Assembly: GCF_009834535.1 (NCBI RefSeq)
Contig: NC_045696.1
Coordinates: forward strand, 103,728,001 to 103,792,000
Direction: 5' to 3'
Source of the DNA: Camelus ferus
Taxonomy: Eukaryota
Length of the DNA stretch: 64,000 nt
Position 1 is the first letter of the stretch. Each line of letters starts with the position of its first letter. The translations under genes and the position numbers were made by a program. Shown in pieces: positions 13,179 to 27,029 of this stretch. Under the pieces are notes generated by a model. It made no database searches. It was not told the DNA's origin and saw only the letters and a list, made by a program, of their open reading frames with translations.

Positions 13179-16100
13179 CAATTCTACTGCATGGTCAATA
13201 AAATGTTTTGATTATACTTTATTACCAAAAAATGCAAACCTGCCATGGCAAATAAAAACATTTAATGTGTACACAGTGTGATTATGAGATTTTTCTTTTA
13301 CAGGCTCAGGACCAATTAGTAACGATATTCATGGAATATGGTCAGGTAACAGTATTCAAATCCCCTAATAATAAGCAATCAGGGCATTTAGAAAAATTTA
13401 ATCCTTTTCCTAATGAGGCAACTTTGGCATCACTTCAAACCTAAGCTCAGTTGGCACTGTGATTTTTAAAGGGATGAACTTCCTGCCACAGACCCATGTC
13501 ATTTTCTTTTAATAATATTATCACCTTCTAGTTTGTTTGGCTGTAAAATTTACAAACCACTTTCATATCTAGTATATATCTCAAATTCTCCTCAGGATAA
13601 CATAGTGAGAGGTAAAGCATTTTCTAAAGGCCTATTCTGTTCTAGGCACTGTGCTGACACCTGGAGAGTTAAAAAAAAAAAAAAAAAGAAGAATAATAAA
13701 TTCTATTCTGGAAGAATTCACAGTCTAATGGGGGAAATAAATGATTTCTATAAAACGTGCTGTAATAAGGAAATGAACAATGAGTTGTGATCACCAAACA
13801 GTACGCCAAACAGGCCTAACACATTCTCTCCAGGAATCAGGGTGGCAGTGCCCCAAAGAAGGCTTTGGTCAGGAGATTACATGGCGCAGGCTTTTGAAGG
13901 ATGAGTAGGAGTTCCCTGACATAAATATGGGGTGGAGGGAATGACATGTACAAAATGGACAGTGATGAGGAATTATTCTCATTTTAAAGAGGAGGAAGAT
14001 AAGCTCAAAAGTAAGTGAGCTGCCTAAAGTCACATGAACAACAATTAACAATGTATGAAACAGAATTCAGGTCTGATTTTAGTCAGCTTCATACACCAGG
14101 AAATGCCAGTGCATGTTGGGCATGAACATTAGATAAACATCAGTTTTTATCTCCTACTTTACTCCTTCCTAAGAGGTGGTCCATGTCTGATTCAGCTCCT
14201 GCGGGGAGAAAGAGAGATGATCAAAGTAGGGGATTTACTGAATCCTCAGATCAATCCTGTGAGGTAGAGGTGTTTTTACTATTTCTTCTTTACATGTGAG
14301 AATACAGAGACACAATAGGGTTAACAAAAGTTGGAAATTAAGTGAAGAAGCAAACCCAGATGACTACCCTGACCAAACCTCTAAACTCAAGCACTTAACC
14401 ATACCCACAGATTCTACTTCTCCAAACAGCCCTGGATCACTCTTCATCTAAAAATATCAGGGAGACCAAGTGAGTTCTGGGACACATCATGGGCCCACAG
14501 ATCTCGTACTGTACCACACATCTCAATATTCATACAAATTCTCGTTGGCTCCCTTAACAATCTGGTCTCCCTTGAGCAGATAAACCCACATATAAGGTAG
14601 CGTGAGCTCTCTGAGCAACATTTTTACAACCTGGACAAGAGCAAATTTAACAAAAAGCAGTGACCGAAAAGGACAGCACAAAATAGCAGCATGAAGCCTT
14701 AAAGTATAAAGGAGAAGCCCCAGTCCCCGTCTTTCACTTGTGAAAGATTTTCTTAGGAGGATGGGGCCAATGTCAAAGTGCTTCAGAAGGACTAGCATAC
14801 CTGCCACTCACTGCACTGAGTTCAAGCCAAAGGATGGAGTCTGGAGTACAACTGTAATTTCCTTTATCAAAGGTTCATATGACAACTCTAGGAGATCCAA
14901 AAACCAAATCTGTCTCTTGAATATTAATATCTGGAGCTGTCATGATTTCCTACAGCACTAATATGACCTCAGGGAATTGGGGATCGGCATATAAGCTAAA
15001 ATACTGCAGTAACACTGGATTTGTTAATGTCAGCTGATTGAAAGTGACCACAAAATGGTTTTCAATCTGTCATCTCACCTTGTGAAGTATATGGGAAGTA
15101 TATGGGAAAATCAGATGGGATATATGGGAAAACTAACAAATACTGGAATCAAATGCCTAAAGAAGGTTGTGGAGTTCTACTCTAGAACTTTGGAGACATA
15201 TAAATCAATCCCTCCTCATTTTCTGCTGCTATGATTTGGAGGTGAGGGGTCTGCCCACATCCAGGAACGTTTCCTTTCAGGCTCACTTTCAGCTCTGTGG
15301 ATCTCTAACCGTCCAAGTCAGAGGCTCTCAACCAGCAGTCTGGAATCTGCCAGCACATCTCCAGGCTAGTGGGTACTACCAGGCCTTCCTCCCAAGTCTC
15401 CCAGCATGGTGAAAAGGAAAGCTGACAGGGTTACCCCCATCCCCAAGCTGCGTAACATCTGCATTGTCAGAAGCACTATCATCCCATTTCTGTGACTGTA
15501 GCACCTGCTAACAATGACTCTTCCAGCCCCCAAACCCTCAACCTGCAAAACCCACATGTCAGTTTCAGGGAAACAGAAAACAGCATTTCTTCTCAGGGTT
15601 CTGAAGCTCAGTCAACCAACTCTAGATTACACCAGCTTAAAAAGAGGACAAAAAAAAGGAGAGGGAGGTGGGGAGAAGCTTCACCTACAAGCATCCTAAT
15701 ACACTTTTTCTATGAAATAGGCACTCCATGACCTGAGTTGTAAGCCAAGCAATTCAAAAAGCAAGAAACTGAGATAACAGACGTTAATACCTCAACTACA
15801 GTTAAAGAGGTAATATCATTCCCAGCAAGTGGATGTTCAGTCTCCCAAATCTGGGTAGTGGGGTTGCTCTAAACCGTAGAAACAAAGCTGTGTTTTGTTG
15901 TTGTTGTTTTTTTTAAATCTGTAGGCCCAAGTTTCACTCACAGTGACATCAGTTACAGTTCTATCTTCGCCATGGAGCAGGTGAAAGTGCAGGGCAGCTA
16001 AGTCCTTTTGAAAACAACCCAACCCTAACTCAATTCCAAGACAGACATATGTACATGCAGTTCCACGGTATAACCTGCAGATAAGTCAATCAGCGAGGCT

Positions 16101-16919
16101 CGACACTGCCTAGCATCAAGTGACACTAAAATGTAAAGCAGTAAAAATTTGGAAAATGAGATCAAGGAGGTGCTCTGGCCCATTCATTTATAGTTTTCCC
16201 ATGTTTAAAACAGATGTATGCAAATATTAAGCATAAGACTTAATTTGAATATGGAAAAACTTTTATACCCTAGAAGGTAACTTCAACATTGGGAACTTAT
16301 AGACAAGGTCTTCTCTGGTGTCATTTTCCCAGGTTTTAAGAACTCTACTCTCTTAAGAGCCCCAGGACGGACTACTTTTGGGAATAAAAAGGTGAGAGAA
16401 TTTAACATGTCTGCTTCTGAGGTTTAGTAAAATCCCAAATACTTGAAAGTGGGAGCAACTTGAAAAGAGGAAAAGTGGGAAAACCCAAGCTCAATTAATA
16501 ACATCACTTCTCAGGAAGAGGAAAATTTTACATCCTGCGCAAGAAAGAGCATTGTTAACCATTTTAATGCAACTCGGTTTTCTTCATACAAAGTGAAAAG
16601 TACTCCTCATGACTAAGGGTTATTTACATGAAACATAAAGCATGTTTCCAATTTGAGGATACTGAATCAAGAAAGCAAAGCTAATTTTCAATAAAAGCAA
16701 AAATAAATTATGTTGATACAGCTTACAAGGCGCGGGGGGGGGGGGCGTTTCTGTGAAAAAATCGGAAGCCAAATAAATGTCCAAATGACTGAACTCAAAT
16801 GGTCTGTCCATAGCAATGTGCAGAATCTCTGAGAAAAAATTTGAAGGCAACTAGACTGGCTCACTCACAACAGTAACAATTAAACGCATGAGAAAGAAAG
16901 GAATTAAGTGGGTTAAGTG

Positions 16920-18070
16920 CGGGCTGGATGACGGTGTTTCGAGACCTGCTCACAGGAAGCCACTACATCCTGCCTGAAGTCCCTGTCAGTCACGCTGTCT
17001 CTCGATTCAAGTCCCCGCCGCAGCGAGATGGGGCGAGTACAGGTGTCCGGCCCGAGCCCCTCCCGGCGCACTCACTCTCGAGCACCCGCGAGGCGGCCAC
17101 CCGAGCCCCAGGGCGACCCGTTTCCTCCAACTCGGGGCGCCTTTTCCCACCTCTCCCCGATTCAGGAAACAGGCAGCCCCCTCCCCTCGGGCCAGCCCCT
17201 CTTCCCCGCCCTCCTCCTCCTCATTCTCCGGCCGCGCCGCCGGGTAATTACCGCTCGGCTTCCAGCGCCGGGCCGCTCCCGACGCCCGCAGCCGCCCGGA
17301 GGCCCGCGCTGGAGAGCGGCCGGAAGCTCCTCACTCCCCCGGCCCGCGCCCCTGGCCGCACCCCCGGCCGGGGAGTCCCCGCACCCAGGCCGCGCCCCGA
17401 GGCCGAGCCCCTCGCGCCAGCGTTGCCACCGGAGCCTCCCCCTTTCCCCGGCAAATTCCCGGCTCTCCACTCCCTCCGGACAGGGGCAGCTCCAGCCCAC
17501 GCCGCCCCGTCCAGGAGACGCCTCCCCCAACACACCCCCCTCCCAGCCTCTCCGTGCCGGCCCTCCCCGCGTGCCTCGCCCGGCCCCGGCCACCGCCCAG
17601 GCCACTCTCGGCCCCGCGAGCCCAGCGCGGCTCGGCGCCGCCACCCCCGCGCGCTCGCCGCCCCCTCAGCCCCGCGGCCGCCGCCGCCGCCGGGTGGGAC
17701 CCATCAGCCCGGCCCCCGCTTACAAATCTTGCCCCGCAGGCTCTGCAGCACTCGGACCTCCCGACTGTCCTCATCCCCGGCCTCAGGCTCTGCCGTCGCA
17801 GTCGCCGCCGGCGCTTCGGAAGAAGGCGCCGCAGCAGCAAGCGCCGCCGCCGCCATGGTGCCGCCCGGCCTGTGCCGCAGCCCCGCCGCCTGCGTAGCCG
17901 GGCGAGGCGGAGCCCAGCCGCGGCCTCCGCCAGGGTGAGCCGCGCGCCTGGCCCCGCCCCTGGGCCTCGGCCTGGCTCTCTCCGCCCCCGCCCCCGCCCC
18001 ACCCCGGCCCCCCCACCTCCACTCACCACCGCCCCCGCTCCGCCTAAGCCCGGCTTCCCCGCGCTAAACA
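16920..18070. promoter_or_regulatory. CpG island / RASA2 promoter with GC boxes
   Basis: Very GC- and CpG-rich block around exon 1. Tandem CCCCGCCC Sp/KLF boxes at ~17951-18000, upstream of the ATG on the minus strand. Confidence 0.92.
17724..17856 (-). CDS. RASA2: Ras GTPase-activating protein 2 (GAP1m), coding exon 1; the gene continues beyond the left edge
   Basis: GCACCATGG Kozak. Translates to MAAAALAAAAPSSEAPAATATAEPEAGDEDSREVRVLQSLRGKI(C), matching the recalled RASA2 N-terminus. 133 coding nt, ending at a phase-1 donor T|GTAAGC (17718-17723). Not listed in the ORF track. Exon 2 was not recognised in 1-17700. Confidence 0.95.
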
Positions 18071-19509
18071 CCTCCTGGCTTTGCTCCTCTTGGCCTCCTA
18101 AAAGCCCAGGAGCTAGCCAAGTGTGGCTCCAAGTCGTGGCTCTGTGCAGCCTCAAAACCCTACTGAGGGAAAACCCTGGGCCTTCCGAGATCCCCAAATC
18201 CTCCTGGAAATTAGCCCCCCTCCCCGTCCCCAGTCAGCGGACTTCCACCTCTAGCGCTCAAGGGAACTCCCTGTGGAAAGAAAACAGAATGGAATTTGAC
18301 AGTTGCACAGACCTCAAAACTACCCTATTCAAAACGAGCCAAGAGGTGCCTTAGAGACTCCCGTAATAATATCCACACGCCTCCACCCTCAAGCCACACG
18401 TACGTACACATTCTTACTTCTGAGTAAGAACACTTTATTCTGGTTCAAAAAAAGGTCCATACTCGCAATCACAAGCTGAATGCCTGAGACCATCCCAATT
18501 TTGAAGACTTTACCACCACTTGGGTATTATGGAAACAGAGCTAAGAAGGGTAGGGTCCCACCCCCTGCTCCGCTCCCCCCGCCCCAGATTATAACTGAGC
18601 TTGTGAAAAAATTGATTCACACTAGGAAATTTGTAAATCTTTGACTAGTTGTTAGCTTTATTTCAAGGAAACTTTTTGCAGTGAGTAAACTGTATGAATA
18701 ATACCCTGCTATGTGAGGAGGAAGATGATTTCCTAGTCTTGAGGTTAACTGCTCTGCCCTAAGAAGGAAGAAACTGTGACTTAATAGGGCAGGGTAGTTG
18801 TTTTCTAGGGCAAGAATAGGAGTCAGTCAGTCTGTCAACAAATATGTTTTGGGGGTCAGACTTGACAATAGTTAGCTTCAGAGACACATGTCAAGGTGAA
18901 GACAGCCCCAGCTCTCCAGCAGCTCAGTCTACGGGAGACACAGAAAAAGACAGAGGCATCGGGAGAAAAGAACTAAGATGATTAAACTGGGAAGTCAGGG
19001 AATGCCTTCCTGGGAAATGTACTGAGGAACCAACAGAAGACAAGGCGGGAGGGGCAGAAATGTGCCAAAGAGCAGAAGCTTCTTGTGCCAAGGCTGGGCA
19101 GCGCAGGGAATGGCCTTGGTATGTGTCTGTGGCCAAGGAGTGACCCTTCCAGGTCTGTGCGTGTTGTCGTTGACCTCTGTGTGATTTGTACACATGTTGG
19201 GGAGAGTAAACCTACCACCTCATGTGTTTTGCTGTCATTTCAAACAATAGATCTGAAACATATTCCCTATCATCCTTTTCCGAATCTGAATTCACAGCCA
19301 TATTCTGTTATCCAGGCTAAAACTCTGACTCTTTTCTGAATCCCTAGGCCCCATACTGTTTTCAGTTGCCACATCCTTCTGACTCTGCCGAAATCTCTCT
19401 CTTCCTTCCTTTCCATTCTCCGTCATTGTCCTTGTTAAAACCATCCTCATCTGAGTAGTGTCGACATGTTACAGTTTTTGTGTGTGTGTTTCATCTTCAA
19501 AAAGAATGA

Positions 19510-19748
19510 GTTTATGAGACAGACAGACTTGGGTTGGAGCCTAATTCTACCACTTTTATATGTGTGACATTTGGGCAAGTTACTCAATCTTTCTGAACCT
19601 GTTTTTCAACAATAAACTGGGAATACTATACTTACTATCCCTTCCTCAAAGGGTTATTCTCAGGATTAAATCATGATGGAGAGTACATGTGTGAGGCATC
19701 TAGTGGAATGCTGGGCATGTAGTTGGATTAACTCAGTAAATGTCACCT
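19510..19748 (+). mobile_element. MIR within L2-derived sequence
   Basis: agacagacttgggtt...tgtgtgacatttgggcaagttactcaatctttctgaacct...aggattaaat. Confidence 0.65.
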
Positions 19749-21087
19749 CATGCTCTTGACTGGAACTCATAATAGGTCTCCCATCCTTCTCATTCTGCCT
19801 ACACACCACTTAAATTAATCTTCCTGAAGCAAAAATTGGGGTTTGTCACTTGTCTGCTCAAAAAAGCATCAATGGCTTCATTCATCCCTTCAGCCAGCAA
19901 GCACGCTACGCTGCAGGTCATGAAAAGTACTAGAAATGACTAAAGAGTAAAGTTCACATTCCTCAGGCAAGTGTTCAGCGTTGGAAATGGACCCAGCCTA
20001 CCTAACTCCTCTTATCTCCCGCCATACCGGGCCACTTTTCCCCCCCAGCTGGGCTCTGTTAGGAGGGCCTTTCCTCCCTCCTGGCCAAATGCTGCCCCAT
20101 CTGTCTCTCTCTACCTGGTGTTATAAACCTGTGTACTTGTTTATCTCTTCTTCTGGATATTTAACTCCACTGATAAATATCTGTCAAATGAATGAAATTG
20201 AATCATATTTGCCCACTTTCTTCCTCCACTCTGCAGACTAGATATTTTCCTATTTTGGAAATCCTGTTATGTACTCAGTATTCATTTTCATATCTGTCCA
20301 AATGGTTAAAAGAAGAATGGAAAACCTTAATGACATCCTATCATTTGAAATTAAAAGCCAGCTTTTAAAGGTTTGTTCCTTTTTTAAAAATAATATCCAT
20401 ACCAGATTCTTCTAATTTCCTTTCTTTTCACTAGCTTATTCCCAAGTCCATAACTCTATCACAAAATTGTGTGAAAAACAATTTTACATGAAGTGTAAAA
20501 ATTACACTTTTTTCTTCCCAGGCAGTCTTCCTGTTGCACAGTTCAAAATTATCATAGTCTTTCACTAAAACTCAGAAACTCCATTTTTTCCCATCTGAAA
20601 TTGCTCCCAATTACTCTAATTCTGAATAAACATGTAAGGACATTGATGTTCTTTTACTGGCAGCGGTCTGCTTTGCAGAGACTTTTAGCAGAATCAGTGT
20701 TTCCTGAGTGTAAAATATTTGGGAAATAAAGTTTTGTAAAGACTCGTAGGATTTACTCACAGTGCTATGACAAGAAGGCTGTTCCATCCCCCTCCCTTAA
20801 TTGCCCTTGCACTGTGTTTTAAATTCAACTAGAGTTCCTCTCCTTTCTTCATGAGGTTTGGTAACTGGAACAATATTGCATCATACACAAACTGGCCCTT
20901 CACTTCCTTCCTCAAATTATTAATGAATGTGTTTAAAGGCCCTCACTCCTCTCTCTACCCACTCCATTCACTACTTCGTCTTTTCCTATTTCTTAATCAG
21001 GTTTTAACCCATTCAGTCATTTTTCACCCATAAATTGGCTGTCTTCATGGTGACCGAGGTAGGGAAACTCTTAATAAGAATATGTCC

Positions 21088-21611
21088 ACACATGGAAGCA
21101 ACCTAAATGGCCGTTGACAGATGAATGGATAAATAAGATGTGGTATATATACAATGCAATACTATTTAGCTGCAAAAAAAAGAAAATGAAATAATGCCAT
21201 TTGCAGCAACATGGATGGACCTAGAAATTATCATACTAAGTAAAGTAAGTCGAGCCAGAGAAAGCCAAAAATATGATATCACTTATAATATGGAGTCTAA
21301 AAAATGATACAACTGAACTTATTTTCAAAAGAGAAACAGACAGACATAGGAAACAAACTTATAGTTACCAAACAGGAAAGGTGGGGAAAGGGATCATTTA
21401 GGAGTTTGGGGTTAGCAGATACAAACCACTACATGGAAAATAGATAAACAACAAGGTCTGACTGTAGAGCACAGGGAACTATATTCAATACCTTGTAATA
21501 ACCTATAATGAAAAAGAATATTAAAAAGAATATATAGGTAAAACTGAACCACTTTGCTGTACACCAGAAACTAACACAACATTGTAAATTAACTATTCTT
21601 CACTTAAAAAA
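21088..21611 (+). mobile_element. 5'-truncated L1 3' end
   Basis: ORF2 C-terminal/3'UTR motifs. TSD aagaatatgtcc (21076-21087) / aagaatgtgtcc (21612-21623). Confidence 0.9.
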
Positions 21612-22120
21612 AAGAATGTGTCCTACAGCTAGAAAGAAATCCCAAGATGGGTCAGTTATACAGCATTGTTTGGAAACAACACCCATCAACCTATAACATG
21701 GCAACAGAAGGGGTATCTCCTGGCCCTGAGTTATTTATTTATTCACCTTCTTTCTGGTGAGTCAGAGGAATACAAATGGGCTTGCTTTTTAATATTTAAA
21801 TGTAGATCATTTTCATAGGGCTGTCGACTCCGGAGGCAGAACTGGTAGGGAGGCAAGTTCCTTTGGTCGTTGATGACGTGATCTCCCCATTCATCTTGTT
21901 AGAGTACTGTTTGTGTCTCAAGCATGATGCACTCAGCTACATTGTACAAATAGTCCCTCACTTCAGGCATTTTTCTTTTTGATAATTTAAATTGGTGGAA
22001 GGTGAGACAAGAGCTTAAATATTAGGAGTATTTGCATAATATTCAAAATGCACTTTTAACAGCTTACCTCAAAATCAAACAGGGCCACAACAGGGATGTG
22101 CTCAAAAATACACACAAGGT

Positions 22121-22260
22121 GGGGGGTGGGTATAGTTCAGTGGGAGAGTGCATGCCTAGCATTTATGAGGTCCTGGGTTCCATCCCCAGTACCTCCATTA
22201 AAAAATTTTTTTTATTAAAAAAATAAACCCTTCACTATAAAAAAAGAAAATTTATTAAAA
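22121..22260 (+). mobile_element. tRNA-derived SINE (Vic-1-like)
   Basis: gggtatagttcagtgggagagtgcatgcctagc...gggttccatccccagtacctcc plus A-rich tail, flanked by aaaa(t)acacacaag repeats. Confidence 0.85.
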
Positions 22261-23025
22261 ACACACACACACAAGTTTTTCTCCTAAAGCCTCCAACTCC
22301 TCCATTAAAAATCTTTTCAAATTTGCTGCGCTCTGAGAGCAGGACATTGAAGGCCTGAATGCTGGAGCATGGGACAGTCTATGCCCTTAGGCCTGCCTGA
22401 CTTCACTTTTTTCTCAGCCTCCCTCTTTTTGAACTGTGATGGTATATCCACTGCACCTCCACTGAACTTTTCTTATCATTTTAGACTGACAAAATAATGG
22501 GTCTGAAAAGAAAACCAGAAAGTTGGACAATCATGCTCATGTTTCATTGCTACTCTGTCCTTGAGAAATTTCTCTCTTGTCTGGGCAGATTTGTCCATTC
22601 ACCGTGAACCCTGGAGACATGCTCCACCCAGTTGGCAAGAACTGGGCTGTGGCCCAGCTGATTTTCATGCTGTGAAGATATAGGCAAGGTCTTCTGAGGC
22701 CAAGAAGCCTGTCACTTGCCTGGTTGGTACCCGTTTGAGTTTGTCCCTCCAGCACTCATCAAAGGAGGATGGCTAGAGACCCACCTGGCTGTACTTGTGC
22801 AGGTTGGAGATAGATGTGTCACCTCCCAGACCTGTCCCCAGTGCCGTGGGGGAATAATGGAGTGGTGCTTGGGTAGAGGATGCCCTTGCGTTCTTCCAAA
22901 CTCTGAGGAAGGAGCAAAGGAGACTTGGGTGGAACTAGAAAGGAGATGGCCACAGAGCAGGCCCAGAGCATCCTCCTACAGCAAAGTTCAGGGGTGAGAA
23001 AACATCAATAAGGAGAAAGATTCAA

Positions 23026-23145
23026 GGGAGGGTATAGGTCAGTGGCAGAGTGCATGCCTAGCATGTGTGAGGTCATGGGTTCAATCCCCAGTACCTCCAT
23101 TAAATAAATAAACAAACAAAGCTAATTACCCGTCCCCCACCCCAA
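23026..23145 (+). mobile_element. tRNA-derived SINE (Vic-1-like)
   Basis: Typical head and tail (taaataaa...ctaattacc). TSD aaggagaaagattcaa (23010-23025) / aaggagagtgattcaa (23146-23161). Confidence 0.9.
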
Positions 23146-25499
23146 AAGGAGAGTGATTCAACAATGCAAATCCAAGGGGAACTTCTCTGAAAAGTATCTC
23201 TACCGTCTGGCAAGACATAGGAACTCATAGTGCCCTGTATTGAGTGCTTACTCTGTGCCAGACTCTTCACCTGGACCCACAGGATCTGATATTATTGTCA
23301 TTTATTGTTGCTTGTGTTGTAATTGTTATTCCCATTTTATTGATATCTCTGAGTAGAGAAAGATTTTTTTAAAATCTTGCAGGTCAGACAGCTAGTAAAG
23401 AGGCTATCTGTGATTGGAACTGATGCTGTTCTGGCTATAGGTCACACCACTCCAGTGTCATCCTGGAGATCCATCTCCCACTGGGCAGTTTTCCCAGCGG
23501 TAAGAGATTGGGAAAGTCCAGTTCTGAGAGGCAGTCCGTCACTCCTGATGGTGACAGCAACTTCTGAGCAGCTTCCATTGGTGTGTTGGAGGTGAAAAAG
23601 CTATTTGGACGTTTAGCCCTAGAACAGCAACGCTGATTCCAGAAAAGAACCATAGGAAAATCTTATTTGAGTAGAGAAGGGCACACGTCACTCCTGGAGA
23701 CAAAAAGAACTTTAGAGGGAGGGGACCTGACTGGAAGAGCAGGGCAGCTTGGAGGGGGAGGGGCCAGCAGCTCCTGCACTAACCACTGTGTTGCATAAGC
23801 AGAATTCTGTGGGCACTGATGACTTTATTTCCCCCTCCATGTCGTTTCTCTCTACCCTCTACTCTCCCAGCCCTGGGTGAAGGCTCATACAGGTTTCACT
23901 GCTGGTTCAGTCACTTTTAGTTATAAAAAATGGCTCATGTCAGTAATTAAATGTTTAATTTAGACTAATAATCAAAATTTCTCACTTCAAAGTCAAGGCT
24001 TCTCCTCTGCCTTGATTTAGATGTGCCCCAGGCTGGAGGGTTTACAGAAGGAGGGAGAATGAGATTGACTTCTTGCCGTTTTTCCTGAGCTCCTTCTGCG
24101 CTCAGGGAGATGGCTGACTCCTTGGGGATAGACAGGGTCCAGGGGAAGGGAGATGGAGAATGACACCCCTTGGATGACCTGTCCTGGAATGATGCAGCAC
24201 TGCAGCTCTGAGCCTCATGGTGCTCAGAGCAGCCTCTTTCATTCATGGACCACTTTGGTGGGTTTCCTGGAGATTCTCTGTTCTGAACCTCAACTCTGGC
24301 CATGTCTCCTCCAGTCAACAGCTGGAAACTCCAAACATTCGGCCCCTAGACTTCCTCAGCTTATCCCTCTGCTAGGGCTGGCCATCTGGCACCTCCCACT
24401 TCAGGTGAAGCCCTTTAAGTGATGTCTCCAGTCAGTCCCTCTGGGAAATCATGCGCCCTCTCTGTGGAAGGGAAGCGCTCTCCCACTGCATCTAGTTCTT
24501 GCTTCCTCTCTCTCTCCCTCTCTCTCTCTCTTTCTCTCTCGCTCTCTCTCCCTCTGCTGTTCTGCAATCTTAGGGCAGTAGTCTCAGCCCCTCACTTTTA
24601 GATTTCTCATGCTTGTCACACTCCAGGGACACCCTCCAGGTGTAATGAGGAGTACTTTGGGGGTCACTTTCGCTTTTCTTGATAAGAAACGCCCTCCTTG
24701 CCTTTGCCCATAGAGGTGCATGGAGAAATGCCGTAGCACACTAACGACCCTTTCTGGAAGACTTTTCCACCCTCTGCCCACTATAGGTCAGAATGGAGAG
24801 ATGGCTAAAGCTGGCCCGCAGAATGGGTCCCCCCTAGTCTCTTGCAGACCCTGCATAGGAGGTCTGGCTCCTCATATTTAGGATGTGGGGAGATACCTAC
24901 AGTAGCATCCTGTCACACCAGGACAGTGAGATGGATCGTGCCACTCAGTCACCCCCCAGACAGCAGAAGAAAGTAATAGACCTTAAAGGAGACTGGCTGT
25001 TGAAGACCTCCTAGCTTTTGGAAGGGAGTGGTCTTGAGACCCTCTCTGACTCACTGAATGGAGGACAGTCCAAGAAGATAAGGAACAGGGGATGATGAGG
25101 CTGATGAGGCTAGAACCCTGAGGTTGATCCAGGCGGACGTCACACTCAAGGCTGCTCCAGCCTGCCTGCAGACAGCAGGGAAAGGTGCTCCCTCAAGAAG
25201 CCTTAGGTCCAGGAGACTCTGAGCCTCAGGGCTTCTGCAGCCTCAGAATCTGAATGACTGGCTGTTCCTGGGGAAAGTAAGGTGATGGCCTAATAGAGTA
25301 TATCTTCCAGGGGGACTGGTGAGGCCTCAAAGGTGCGTGGAGGCAGAGTGAAGTTTAGATGGCCTGAACCCAGGAGCTGAATTCGTCAAGGGCTCACTCT
25401 CCACGAACGGAGGAGGAAAGCTTATTCAATAAAAAATTCACTGAAACCTGATAACCACAAATACCTACATCTAACTTGTCAAGTCAAAAAGTGTGTTCT

Positions 25500-26190
25500 T
25501 TTAAAACACTTCCTCTTTAGGTATCAATTAAGGCTTATATATACACCATTTGACCCTCTAATGTTAACATTTAAAAATATTTCCTTTTTGGCTTTCCCAT
25601 TTTCTCTCTCTGCTACTCTCCCTCTCTCTGTCTCCCTCCCTCCTTCCCCTCTTCCTGCAACCATTTCAGAGTAAGTGGTGCCTCTACCCATAAATACTTC
25701 TGTGTATATGCCCTGAAAACAAGAGTTCTCTTACATGACCTAGTGCAATTGTCAAAATCAGGAAATTAACATTGATACCATATACTAGCTAATCTATGGG
25801 CTTTATTTGAATTTTATCAACTGTCCTGATAATGATCTTTATAGAAAAAGAAAATCCTTTATGATGAATTGCACTCAGCTGTTTTGTTATGTGTCTTTAA
25901 TCTGGGACAGTTCTTTCAGTTTTCCTTATATTTCACAAGCTTGACATTTTTGGTTAGTACAGGCCAGTTATTCTGCAGAATATCCTCCAATTTGTGTTAC
26001 GTGTTTTTGGCAGGAGCCCTGCATAAGTAAGCAATGCTGAGTTCTCAGTCCATCTTTTCAGGAAGCTCCTGGTGACCATCTCTCCCACTGCTGGTGATGT
26101 TAGCTTTGATCTGCTGGTTAAGGTGGTGTCTGCCAGTTTGTCCTCTGTGAAGTCACTATGTTCCCATGTAATGAATAAGTATCTTGTGAG
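25500..26190 (-). mobile_element. L1MC-type 3' end fragment
   Basis: taaatacttctgtgtatat...caaaatcaggaaattaacattgatac and ggttaaggtggtgtctgccag motifs recalled from L1MC4/5. Confidence 0.6.
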
Positions 26191-26625
26191 CTGATTCTTG
26201 AAGTTTAATAAAAATGAATTGCTTTTTCTCCCTAGACATGTTCCTCCTTACATATTCCACTTGGATGAATTACACCTTCACTGGCCCAACTGCCCCAGCC
26301 AGAAACTAGGCTCATCACTCTTTCCTCTTCCTGGTCCTTCGTGTTCAATTACCAAATCCGTAGATTCTGCCCCTTTAATGTCATTCAAGTTGAGCTTCTT
26401 CCCCACCTCCATTGCCTCAGGTTAGCTCAGTGTCTCATCATCTTTCCCTTGAGTTACTGAGACACCCTTAAGTAGGCTCCCCACTTCCTGTCTCTTCCTC
26501 TCCCCACCGAACCCGCTTTGCCACCAGAGCTGTCTTTCAAAAATGCCAATCTACATTTTCCTGTCTAAAAAATCTTTCATTGCAAATTGGAGGTTTTCAG
26601 GCCGTGATGGGAACCACATGACATT

Positions 26626-27029
26626 TGTACTACAACTCTGTACCATAACAAAATACCACAGACTGGGTGGTTTAACCAACAGAAATGTATTTTCTCACAG
26701 TTCTGGACGCCAGAAGTCCAAGATCAAGGTTGTGGTCAGTTCTATTTCTGGTGAGAGCTCTTTTCCTGGATTTCAGATGGTGCCTTCTTGCTCGGTCCTC
26801 ACATGGCCTTTCTTTGATGCATGCACAAGGAGAAAGACTATGGGCTCCCTGATGTCTCTTCTTATAAGGAGACACTAATCCTATTGGATCAGGGCCCCTC
26901 TTTTATGACCTCATTTAACCTTATATGTCCTTAAAGGCCCGAGCTCCAAATACAGCCACACGCCATAATACAAATGCTACAGCTTCAAGATATGAATTTC
27001 GGGGGGACACAGATGTTCCGTCCATAACA
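26626..27029 (-). mobile_element. MaLR solo LTR (MLT1A-like)
   Basis: aaataccacagactgggtgg...ctcacagttctgga...aagtccaagatcaagg. The right end is the reverse complement of TGTTATGGAC...GTGTCCCCCC. Confidence 0.85.

Noticed and set aside
16928..18354. Several long ORFs (266-336 aa) on both strands over the CpG island
   Set aside because: Low-complexity Pro/Ala/Arg/Gly translations expected where stop codons are rare in GC-rich DNA. The real coding part is the 133-nt RASA2 exon.
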